Shown here piece after piece: positions 42,781 to 55,600 of a stretch of 64,000 nt of DNA. Positions within the stretch are counted from its first letter, which is position 1. Each line of letters starts with the position of its first letter. The notes beneath the pieces are model-generated. The model saw only the letters and a program-made list of their open reading frames with translations. It was not told the origin of the DNA and did not search any database. The translations under genes were made by a program, and so were the position numbers. The stretch spans positions 7,936,001 through 8,000,000 of the forward strand of contig OX597836.1 of the NCBI GenBank assembly GCA_951406725.2. Reading direction: 5' to 3'. This DNA is from Octopus vulgaris. Its lineage: Eukaryota.

Positions 42781-45700
42781 GAAATAGAGAAAAGTAGTAA
42801 TGGGGTGAGACAGAAATAGGAAAGAAAGAAAATGAAAAAGAAAACAGAAAAGGAAGTAAAAATAAAAAAATTAAATGGTTTCAAACAAACCAAAAGTCTG
42901 GCTTTGAAAATTTGATAAATATCTTGGCATCTACTACACACAGAACCATGCAATAAAAGTATGGCTATCTGTCCTAGCTCAACCTCAGTGTATTACTGGT
43001 ATTTAATTCACTATAGAAGGATTGTGGATGCATGACCAAATAGGCCACAGGACCAGCACTGTAGAGTGTCTGTGGCAACAGTTCAGGCCAACTAGGTGTA
43101 AGACGCCCATCAGCCTACTTGACTTCGATTATATGTAGGAATTACAACAGCCCAGTCTAGCTAGCTGTATGTAGGAGGTACCTATGACAACAGCCAAATG
43201 GTACTCTGGATGGTTACTGTAGTAAATTGCCAATCAATGATGTATTTACCTTAAGTATAGTACACAGATGATTATTTTAATTTCATATGTTTCTAAAGCA
43301 TACAAAGAATTTTTATTCGGCCAGGCAGCCATTTGCAATACAAGTGAATGTTTATCCATTATTTTCTTTTATATTAGAAGACTTTGACTGGCTGTGAGAA
43401 CACAGCATGGATAAGGCCCGATGAGACCAAAAGGCATCTGGCATTGAGACGATTTTCAGCCTTTCTTAATAGCTATTTCAATAATTAATACTGCTTCTCT
43501 AGCATATAACAAATTATAACTTGTAGTTTGGGTTTACAGATCTTACCTTCCCTGGACCAAGTGATCTTAGGAAGAGGACTCCCATCAGCGATACACACCA
43601 AAACTGTAGTACTTCCTGCCATGGCTTTTACTCCGGACGATTGACTGAGGAACCTTGGGGGTCGCGACCCGGAACCTGGTGAGGAAATGCAAATGTCAGT
43701 GTAACAGAATGACAGAACAAAAATTACATAATACATTTAATGGAATGTTAGGGGAAAAAAATTATACTATAACAACATTTATGGTTTGAATACAAATCAA
43801 CCTTAAGATTAATCTTAACTTTAGACTATCAGTGTTACTTTAGACCAACAGTTCTCAACTAGGGTCCTTATAAGATTTCTTAAAATTTACGAGCAATAAA
43901 TTACTTCTACTTCTACCATATAATTTAACACTTTTTTGACAATAAAGATATTATAGGTTATGTTAAACACTGAATAGCTCTGAGGGTCCACCAGAGTAGA
44001 TAAGAATAAAAAGGGTCCATAGATAAAAAAAAGAAAAATAGTTCAGAGTCACTGCCTCAGCCAACAATGCCAATCCTAAAATTTAAACAGCTCTGGTCAC
44101 ACATGAGCAACTTACAAAAACCCTTTTATTACTGCATTTCTGTTGAAATAAACAGTCTGTTTCAATTAATTTTGAAAATAATGAAAAATTAAATAAAATA
44201 ACTCATTATTAAGTTAACATTTGGAAAATGAATTACCATGAAATTTTGATGAGAGAAATTAACTTAGATTAGATTTTCTTTTATCATAGAACCAAAGCCA
44301 ATTTCAAGTGGGTTAGTATCAAAAAGCTTAATTGTTTAGCATTCAGATTATTTTGTCAAATGTATTGCTTATTTATTCACATTGTTTTTGAATTAGCCAT
44401 GCATTATCTCATAGCTTTGAGATTTCAATGAAATTGGGTAGAATATCAGAGCTGAATATGTCTGGTTTCAGTATTAAAGGTTTAAATCACTGCTGGCTCT
44501 ATTTTACTAGTCTAATTCCATGCTATAAAACTACCACAGATTATCCTCAACTCAATGAGACCAACCCATTCAAAAGTACTCGTATAACATTATGTTTAAT
44601 ATTTAAACCAAAACCTCCATCGAATTTGTCCTTCTTACATAAATAATAATATGGTTATATTTACTAAGTTAAAATACCATTTTTACAGATTTATATGATG
44701 ACTTTTGGTATAGATGGTAACCAAGCAAAGTGTTTCAATAAGTAAAAATACCATCACAGGTTTATAGACCAATGAATAAATAAGTGTTAAAGCTATTTCT
44801 TTGTATCATACGAAATTTTTGACATTTTGGAAATGAATTAAATCACATAAAATATTTTTTGTGATTAAAAAAATACTGTGTGAACAAGAAAGTACAAAAC
44901 AACCATCTCAACCACATGGTTTCAAGTTCAGTCCCATTGCTTGGCACCTTGGACAAGTGTCCTCTACTATAGTCCCAGGCCAACCACAGCCTTGTGAGTG
45001 GATTTGACTGATGGAAACTGAAAGTAGTCCACTGTATGTAAGTATGTATATATGAACACACACATATGTATGCATGTGTCTTAGCATATGATACTTGTAA
45101 ATGAATGTCACTGTCATACAAGCGGTGTCTTCATTTTCAATGTCCCACAAAAGCATATGCAGCCATGAGGAAATATTACATTACCTGGAAATAGGTGAGG
45201 GTTGCAACAGGATGCACAATCCGCTGTAGTAAATCTGACCCATTGGTTGGCAGAAGATTATTCCATAAATAAACTATACTTACTTTCTTGTACAACCAGT
45301 TTGGCTTGTGAACTATCTCTCCACTGGAATTTGGACACTTGGTTTGGCAGTTGTTGCAGAGCCCCATGATAACTCCGGCATCGATAGTAACCAACATCAG
45401 ATTTCTTGACATTGTAAATCTGGAGTATACCTGAAGGTAGTGTTGTGTACCTGTGGATATAGCAGAGAGATATTTAAACTTTAGGGAAAAAGGAGAGCAA
45501 ACAGTAAACTTTTCACACAAAAAACCCCAAAAAACAAAAAAAAATTTTTCAGTTGCAGTCATGTTTGTGTGATTTAGAAGTTTTCTTCCCAACCACATGA
45601 TTTTACATTCAGTTCCACTACATGGCACCTTGGACAAATGTTTTATACTATAGCTCAGGGCAACCAGAGCCTTGTGAATAAATTTTGTAGATGGAAACTG

Positions 45701-48700
45701 AAAAACCATTTTACAGATATGCACATATGCGTACATGAGTGTCTGCTTGTGTCACCTTGTTTTAATATAACAAGATTGTTGTTAATGAATGTTGTTCAGT
45801 TCCAATGTTCTGTACAAACCATGTCAAACCACCTCTTACCAGAATGCCAACACCCCTACCTAGAAAGAAAAGTTACATAAGTATTGATATTTTAGAACTT
45901 ATAAGACCTGGCAGAGGAAGAGAGTTGATGGCCTTTGCTCTATGGAGAGTGGGCTTAAATAAGTAAATATATAGAAGACAAAACAATACATATGAGGAAA
46001 TGAGTCCATCCTGACACCCTATTACTGATGTCTTATCTCTGATTTCAGATCCACCTTGATTACTCATAACCTTTTTTTTTTCTCTATAATACGAATAGCA
46101 ACATAGTTCCACTGCAGCAAAAAAACCTGTTCTGGCATCTTCTCCCTCTAATCTTCTACCACAGAACCACTTCTCTCTCTATTGTTGCCGCACTCACCAC
46201 AATCTCCACAAGTGCTGATGGTGTTGAGTGGTTGGCATTAGGAACGGCAACCAGCTTTAGAAACCATACCAAAGTACACATTGGATGGAGCATGATGTAG
46301 CCCTCGGACACGTCAGATATTGTCAATCTTTCCAACCCGCGCCAGCAGGAAAGATGAACGTTAAAGGATGAAAAGTGATGAAAGGTGATGATGTTCAACC
46401 CTCACTATTGTCCATGAATTTGTTCAAACCTTAAGTGAGGTTTTCTTGTTTTTTTTGTTTTTTTTAAATAAAAAAGATATTTATAGTTTTATCATGTCAT
46501 CCACTCAGTTATTAGTAGTGCTTTTAGTTATGAATAAAAGCAGTGTCCGTTAATCATTACAGTGATTTCGAAACTGGTGCATTGAAAAGGTAGCCCTTAA
46601 ACCTGAATGCGTGTAAGAGAGTGAGCTTCGCCAAAGGCCACTCATGGTGCCCGGTGGTAGCGTCGGAACCGTGAGGATAGAGGTCGAAAGATTCCAACAA
46701 CCTTTCTCAGGATCCAGGGCCAGGGCAGAGCTGGAGCAAACCTCAACGAAGAGCATTTAACTGTGAGGGTGTGGGCGAAATATAAAGCTCGACTTCATCG
46801 TGGTCAATACAAATACTGCAGGGGAGGTAACTGTACACGCATTGATGAATTACTTCCCTTGCTTTGTAATTCACTTTATAACCAGGAGTCTGAAATTTAC
46901 TCTTTCTCTCTCTAAACACACTCCCTCCCCTTCTCTCTCTCTCTCCCTTTCACCTATGTGCGTGTGCGTTGAAAATTTTTGATTTTCGGTTAATTTAAAT
47001 TTTTTTCAGCGAAAGCAAGACAAGAATACGGGGAGAGAAATTTTTTATATTCTTCCAATTCAGCACAACTGTTACAAGGGATTTTAGGAAAGAGAGGCGG
47101 ATGGAATTTCTACGAGGCCTCTCGATCTGTTAGAAATAGCAGTCAAAACCGCTTTCAACAATCACATTTTTCTTTTCTTTCTTTTTTTAATAGAAGCATG
47201 TTGTAGACCTTGTTCTCCGAAATGAAGTCAATCCGAAAAGGAGGGATAGTCATCGCTAGATTATTGTTGATCTTAGGTATATTAGAGCAGATTTGACACG
47301 GGGTTAAAACAACAACAAAGACAAAAAAAAAAGTTAACTTCATTTCTTATCAAAGTGGTAAAATATTAAGCGGTCCGCTCGACTAGTTAGAAATAGAAGC
47401 CATGGCCCCTCGAAATTTATTAAATTGAATAAAAAATATTTTATTTTGGATTACAGATATTTTGCATATTTGTAGTTAGTCAGTTCTAGCCATTTTCCTC
47501 GTGATCCTCCATAAATTCCATACCATGCTCCCTCACTTCCATAATAAAGGAGTGAACCAAGCAAGGGAGTCTGTACAGGGGTCACATGCTCGATAGCAGC
47601 CATGTTTCGTCCGCCTTCATAGTTAACATGGAAAGAAACTGGATAACGTTAATTTTAAATCCACGCTTTGCTTTCAATAAATAGACTGGATGGTCACAAA
47701 TGGAACGTCCTTCTGGATTGGGTCTGACGTGGGCACAACGATACACACTCGCCAACACACACAAATCAACGAAACCCATAGTACGTGATCTGTCGACACG
47801 TTAATAATAGCTGTGAAATCTCCCTCATATCATTTCTACCCCCTTTATTTTTAGAACGCATCGGATAATGTAATCATGAGTAGAGTACGTAAACGCTGGG
47901 AAACACTTTTAATCACAAGATCTACTGAATCAAAAGCTGACCTGGGGCCAAAAGAAAAACGTTGTTATTACATGCACTGTATACACACCAGATACAAGTG
48001 TGTTCATAAATCCAACACACCCAGTTCAGCTTTCTAAGTTGCACCATAATAATAATGATGATGATAGAAATCACTAAATCAGAAAATACAAAAAAGCAAC
48101 TAAACAAACCTGCTTCTACGACTACCAATCAAATTACAGTACGTATTTGATTGACAGTTGACACACCTCCTTTGTCTCCACATCGGCCAATCAACGGCCG
48201 TTATTTTCTCTTTGTTAGTAACATCCACATTTACTGAAAAATCCACCTCCATTCATCACTGTCCTAATTTACCCGCCACATGTGTGTATATATATACATA
48301 CAATAATAATGTATACACACACATATTTTATATACATATAAGACCCCATATCAACATCAATACACACCCACAAAGATACATACCATCACATGCAGCATGC
48401 GCGCACACTATTACACATATATAACAACATAAATTCGACTAAGCTTCTACATTAATCACGGGGGTAACTGCGATTCGCGGGGATTCTTGAATGGCACACC
48501 TAACGACAAATTACCGTGAAAATTTTTAGCGGTGCCACCCGCTTCTCGAAAAAAGGTTACCCGTGTCTATTCTTTATGATAGAGAGCAACCATCGAAAAA
48601 TAGCAAACGAAGTCTTTTCTCAAATGACACACGGCCGACATTAAAAGTGGGTACATTAGATAATGTAGTCTAAGGTTGACTTCGGACTATAAACATCAAC

Positions 48701-51700
48701 AACCATACCAATACAAACAATTCACCTATATGTAGTATATTCTTTTACGCGTTTGTCGGTTGACTGCGGCCATGCTGGAGCACCGCCTTTAATCAAACAA
48801 ATCGACCCCTTATTCTTTGCACACCTAGTACTTATTCTACCAGTTTCTTTTCCCGAACCGCAAAGTTTCAAGGACATAAACACACCAACACTGGTTGTCA
48901 AGGGAGCGCAGGGTGGGCAAACAAACAGAAAGACATATATATACAAACATATGTATTACACACACACGACGGACTTCTTTCAGTTTCCGTCTACTAAATG
49001 CACTCACAAGGCATTCGGTCGGCCCAAGGCTTGGTAGGAGACACTTGCCCAAGGTACCATGCAATGGGACCAAACCCAGAACCATGTGGTTGGGAAACAA
49101 GCTTCTTACCACATAGCCAAGGCTGTGCCTGTAGTATTTTGAATATTTTCTCCCCAAAAGCTCCTCTCTATATTTTTCAAGTGTGAACTGGAAGATGAGG
49201 CTATCATGCCTTTCTTCAGAAACCAGTCTACTACAGATAACACTGTCACACTATATAATCTGGTATCTAAGCCTTCAACAATCAGGTGAACTACAATTAA
49301 GTAACACTAGCTTGTTATCTGGTTGGTACCTCTAGCAGCCAGGTGAACTGAGGTTAGGTAATGTTACCTTCAACTTGTTTTAGTCTGTGGTAAAAGTGGG
49401 GCACCACCTTGAAGAGTTTAGTTGAACACACACACACACGACGAGTTTCTACAGTTTTTGCCAGTTATTACTAGAATATTCTCTGGTACCTAAATTCCAG
49501 CAAACAGTTGCAGTGTGATAGGTGGGATTAAGTGTTCTTCATTGATGCACAACGAAGCACTGCTAAGAAGAGTTGAACCAAAGACTTGTATTGGTGTAGG
49601 TCAGCTACATTGCATGGAGAGCGCATGGGGCTGAGTGGATAGGGTGGGCACAGCTGAGAGGTGGAGTAGTTCATATTTTGTTAACAGCACTCCCATGAAA
49701 AGTAAACAACTGCAAAGTTTAAACTAGAAGCAAGTGGCAAGACCTGCACATTTGGAGGAACAACAAACTTCCAGATGGTAGCATTGTGAACTTACTGAAT
49801 GCTTTGTTATCTTGCAACTGGAGTGCAGCTCTTCTTGAGGTGGTTAGCCGCATAGCATGACAACCTTGTTTCTTTTAACACTAAACCCACGAACGACATG
49901 CAACTTGCCAAATTGATTTCAAAGCATAAACATATTTTCCTTGCAAACAGGGTGGATGTGTGGTTAAGATGCTAGCTTTGCAACCACATGAGTTCAGGTT
50001 CAGTCCTATGGCATAGCACTTAGAGCAAGTGCCTTCTATCATAGCCCTGAGTCAACCAATGTCTTGTGAGAGGATGTGGTGGATGTAAACTGGAAGCCTG
50101 TTGTATGTGTGTATGTAAGCACGTCTTTGTGTTTGTCCTTCTACACTGCTTGACAACTAGTGTTGGCCTGTTTCCACTCCTGTAACTTAGCAATTCAACA
50201 AAAGAGATTAATAGAATAAGTATCAAATTTTAAAAAAATAAGAAAGAGGTACTGTGATAGGTTTGACTAAACCATCCAAAGCGGTGTCCCAGCATGGCTG
50301 CAATGTAATGACTAAAACACATGATGAAAAGACACACCTTTCATATACAAGGCTATGGTAGAAGGCAAAACATTTGCCAAAGGTGCCAATATATTCTCAC
50401 GGATCTTTCATTGATCTCTATTTTATACTTGTTTGACAGTCACAAATAAAGGAGATAACTTGACAAAACTGCACCACAAACACTGGAGGAGGGGGGGGGG
50501 GCTTTTTCTTCTGAGTAACAAAACTACTTGAGTACTGTTCACTTTACTGAGCTTTATAAAACACGAGTGACTGACATAGGATTACTACTGGAACTGTATT
50601 GCTGCTACTAGTACAATATGGTATACCACTTCTGAAAGGCCAAACAACTGATCAACAAAGATAAACTCACCAGCTTGCATACAGACACATTGAGTCTTCT
50701 CCCTGTCTCTCTTCTACTGTTACCACAACAGCCTATCCTCCTCTGAACTAGTTTTCTACCCAGAACCCCTCTTCTCAACTCCTACCAGGCTGTACTAAAC
50801 ACTAAACCTAAATACAAGAAAAGATGGTCACAGCTGGGGCATTTTTGATCGTAGTCACTTCTGGATCAAAACCAACCTGGGGTTTATAGTTGCTTTGTAA
50901 CTTGGGGCTATAAAACACCTATATGTATGGCTCAGTGGTGAGAGCATTGGGCTCACAATCATGAGGAAGTGAGTTCAATTCCTGGACCAGGCACACAGTT
51001 GTCGATGAATGGTTACAATAGTTATTTCTTTACTACCCACAAGGGGCTAAACATAGAGAGGACAAACAAGGACAGACAAACGGATTAAGTCGGTTATATC
51101 GACCCCAGTGCGTAACTGGTACTTAATTTATCGACCACGAAAGGATGAAAGGTAGAGTCGACCTTGGCGGAATTTGAACTCAGAACGTAATGCCAGACGA
51201 AATACGGCTCCGCTTTTCGCCCGGCGTGCTAACGTTTCTGCCAGCTCGCCTGGTTACGATAGTATTTTGTTCCACCAGGGTTTGCAGGATGTCCTCGTCG
51301 AGCTCTATAGATCTTGTTTCCAGTTCAGAATTTCAAGAACCACCAATGACACTGGCTTACGTTAACTGTCCAATCCCCATATACTGCATTAATATTCCTT
51401 ACACTTTCCGTTATGATGTTGCTTTTATTGAACTCGTAAAGCAAAATATGCTCCTTTATCACTTCCAGTACTTAGTAGTAGTAGTAGTAGTAGTAGTAGT
51501 GGAAGCAGTGGATATGCAAGGATGAAATGTGCATTGATTGAGAATACAGGTGAAAGAGAAGGGAAGTGAAAGAGGGAGTGGTGAGAAATAGAGATGGGGG
51601 TGGAGTAACCGTACAGGTAACGTTTTGTTGTGAGTCATCATCAATCCTGTGTGGGTATGTGTGCACGTGGGTGGAGAAGGGTTAACAATGTAATTATATT

Positions 51701-52555
51701 TTACATATATGGTGCAGGAGTGGCTGTGTGGTAAGAAGCTTGCTTCCCAACCACATAGTTCTGGATTCAGTCTCACTGCGAGGTACCTTCTACTATAACC
51801 TCAGGCCAACCAAAGCCTTGTGAGTGGATTTAGTAGATGGAAACTGAAATAAGCCTGTCATATAGATTGTATATATATATATATATATATATACCAGAGT
51901 AAACACAAATGTTTAACAAAAACTGTCCGACGAATGGGAACGGGAAACTCAGAGTAACAGGTTTTCTTGAATTTCTGCTGCTTTTAAATAAAGTATATAT
52001 ATTCTTTTATATGTTTCAGCCCTAAGGCTGTGGCCAAGCTGGGGTACCACAGTGATATAAACAGGAAAAATAGAATTCAAAACACGAGTATTCTTTTACT
52101 CTTTTCAGTCATTTTGACTGCAATCATGCCGGATCACCACCTTGAGGTGTTTTAGCCGAACAAATTGACCCCAGGACTTCATTTATTCTATCGGTCTTTT
52201 TTGCCAAACTTAAGTACGCATACATATGTTTTATTAATATTTAGCAGAAGCAACAGAGTGACTCAAGCCAGAGTGTTTTGTGAGTTAGCACTTATCAAAG
52301 TGCTAATGCATGAAGCTCTCAGCCCTAAATTAACTCTGTGGTTCCTACTAAATATATATACACACACACACACACACTCACACATACATATATATACGTG
52401 CAGGAGTGGCTGTGTGGTAAGTAGCTTGCTTACCAACCACATGGTTCTCCAGGTTTAGTCCCACTGCGTGGCACCTTGGGCAAGTGTCTTCTACTAAAGC
52501 CTCAGGCTGACCAAAGCCTTGAGTGGATTTGGTAGACGGAAACTGAGAGAAGCCC

Positions 52556-52616
<61 letters not shown>

Positions 52617-55600
52617 TATACAATTGTATGTGTGTTTGTCTCCCACCAACATCGCTTGACGACCGATGCTGGTTTGTTTACATCCCCATAACTTAGCGAT
52701 TCAGCAAAAGGGACTGACAGAATAATTACTAGGCTTACAAAGAATAAATCATGGGGTTGATTTGCTTGACTAAAGGAAGTGCTCCAGCATGGCTGCAGTC
52801 TATTGACTGAAACAAATAAAATAATATATATATATATATATATATCTTACAATTCCATGAAAGCATGATGGCTTAGCTGGCTGAAACTTTGAATTCACTG
52901 TCAATGCTAATCTTATTAAAGTATAAATTTGTACTCTACCAATTATATTGAGTAATCCTTAAGTTTAATGTAAAACTGTTTTCATTATAACATAAAAACA
53001 AACATTAATATAGATACACACACATACACATGTACGACGCACTAGTGGAAGAAAATATTTATTTCATTACACTCACGCAGACACACACAAACATACACGC
53101 GTACATATGTACATACATGCATAGTTACATATATGCTCGCACAATGAGGATTAGTGTCTTGTTGATAATCTACGGGATTTACAAGTATCCATTTATTTAT
53201 CAGGTGGCTGAAGGAGAAGGGGCAACAAAAAGGAGCACTGCCCTTAAGGTTCTAGATCCAATTAGACAAGTGATGGGTTAGTAGTATGACAGTAGTAGTA
53301 GTAGCAGCAGCAGCAGCCGCCATCACATTAAGATTCTTTAAAAAACAAAAAAGAAATCAGTGTTTTAATGTTTATTTTCCCATGCTTCTATCGGTTGGAG
53401 TTACTGAGGTTGACTTTCCATTGGCTGGATGCCCTTCCTGTTGCTGACCCTTGCTGCTTTTCAAACTGTGGATAATGTTTCCCTGTGGCCAAACATGTTT
53501 TTACAGAATACTGGAAATGAATGACAGTCATTTACAGCAGTCTATACAAATATAGACATATGTATAGTCCTTTTTTCTCTTTCTAATATTAACACTGCTT
53601 AATGTTAGTGTAATTTCCCTTACTTGTCTCAATCATTGGACTGCAGCCTTGCTGGAGTTGCCACCTTGAAGGCTTTTATCAAAAAAATTTATCCCAGTAT
53701 AAATTCTATCAGTCTCCAATTGCCAACCTTACAGGGATGTAAACAAACCAACACTGGCTGTCAAGTGGTGATGGGAAGAAAACAGAAAACTACATGCATA
53801 CACAATGGGCTTCCACACAGTTTCTGTCTATCCAATTCACTCACAAGGCATTGGGTGTCTAAGGGCTATAGTGGATGACACTTGCACAATGTATGTTTGG
53901 CTCATTTTTTTCTTCTTCTCTTTCAGGTGACTCTCTAGTTGTCTCAATCTTTCATTTGATTTCTGCTTCACCTATCCTGTAAGGGCTAGGGACTAAGGGA
54001 CACAAACAGAACAAGGAACAACAATGATGTGTGTGTGTGTGTGAGGGAGAAAAAGAGAGACAGAAGAAATGTACTGGTCATTGGGAGAGGTCAGAACAAA
54101 GGATCAATACATAGTTTACAGAAGAAAGTAAAACCCGAAAAAAAAAAAAGGGTTCTTTAGCAATGAGGTAAGAAGAATGTTAGGGAGTGACACACAGGAT
54201 ATATGAAGTGTAGTAGGATGTGGGGGAGGGAGGCAGCTGGCAGAGGATGGAAGATAAAAATAGATCAGTGAGCAGGTGCTATATCTGCAAGAACTGAAGG
54301 TATGTCCACAGATGTAGTATACACACACCTACACACAAACAAACAAAATACATATTGCACATATACAAGAACACATAAGATACATATAAGATCATGTATC
54401 TATATACACACACAATGGAGGTGTGTCTGGTTTTACCTGCATTTTAGGCAATTACAGGGTTTACATCTATATATATAAAGATGAGAATGTGTGTCTGTCT
54501 GTCTGTCTGTGTGAACCCCTTAAGCTTGAGAACTACACAACCAATTTCATTCAAATTTTACACATGCCTTACTTAGGGTCCATGTAGTGTCATAGGCCCC
54601 CAAAAATTTTAACTTCTTGTATACATCTGCACAAATGTATATATATATAATGTTTGAGTTGGGCCGCGCCCTTCCAATTGCTATAGATCCGTAATGCATC
54701 TTATGGCTGTGCTTGTCACCTGTATGGCGAGGAATCCTACATTGGAGAGTAGTAACGACTAGGGTAGGGTAGCTGATTGATTATTATGATCATTCATCTT
54801 TTGGTTTCCTGCAGCTTTGCTCTCATTTACAAACTCAGTGAGCATACATATATTTCCTATTTCAAAGAAATTCGAACAATACATATAAAACCCAAGTTAA
54901 AAAGATTCTCAACAGTTTAACTTCTCTGGTGGACATTAAGACACCCACCCCCAATAGGGGCCTTAACTCCCACATTTTAGAGCTCCATGACCTCCATTTT
55001 TCAGGAGCAAAATCCTTTGAACAGGTTCCATAAGAGTGGAATTTTGGAATCTGTGCATAATGATCAGTAGTATGGGATACATGTGTCATGATTAGAATTT
55101 TTTTAGGGCGTGTAAAGAGGGAAAGAACCCTCATCCGCAATTTTGATGAAATTCGAATCACAGGTATTTCAGTTCATTAGAGAAAATATAACAGAAAAAT
55201 CTAATTCTTCAATTGCATGTAACACAGGCAACGCCGGGTATCTCTGCTAGTTTGGTATAAAATAGAGGTCAATGACACAGAACTGAGTTTTGGGGTCAGC
55301 CATTAAAATATTATAGGAGAAAGAAGAGGTAAGTGTAACAGGGCATAAGCTGGCTGTGTGGTTAAGAAGCTTGCTTTGGAACCCCTTGGTTTCAAGTTCA
55401 GTCCCCACTGCATGGCAATTTGGATAAGCATCTTTTACTATAACTCCAGGCTGCCCTATGATTGAATTCAGTAGATGGAAACTGTCTTTATGTTTGTCCC
55501 CACCACAACTTGATAATCAGCATTAGTTTGTTTACAACCATGTAACTTAGCAGTTCAGCAAAAGAGACTAATAGAGTAACAGACTTAAAACGTAAGGTAC

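Larger units (their letters stand above)
46540..49130. promoter_or_regulatory. Intronic CpG-rich island with promoter motifs
   Basis: CG dinucleotides are visibly dense here and scarce in most flanking intron. CCAAT boxes at 47717-47721 (- strand), 48125 and 48187; CRE-like TGACGT at 47725-47730; YY1-like AACATGGCTGC (- strand) at the ATG at 47603; TATAAA at 46781. Confidence 0.55.

Noticed and set aside
45176-45736. 186-aa ORF
   Set aside because: Wrong frame over the real exon 45284-45450, joined to SINE sequence
46550-46756. 68-aa ORF in the GC-rich element as a receptor exon
   Set aside because: No Ig/FN3 motif, and exons 60330 and 45450 already join to complete Ig2
46600-46895. Short resemblances to U3 (AACCGTGAGGATAGAGG, ATTGATGA, GTCTGA), U1 (GCAGGGGAG), U2 and U6atac segments
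   Set aside because: Required boxes, spacing and terminal stems are missing; no telomere template (CTAACCCTAA) either
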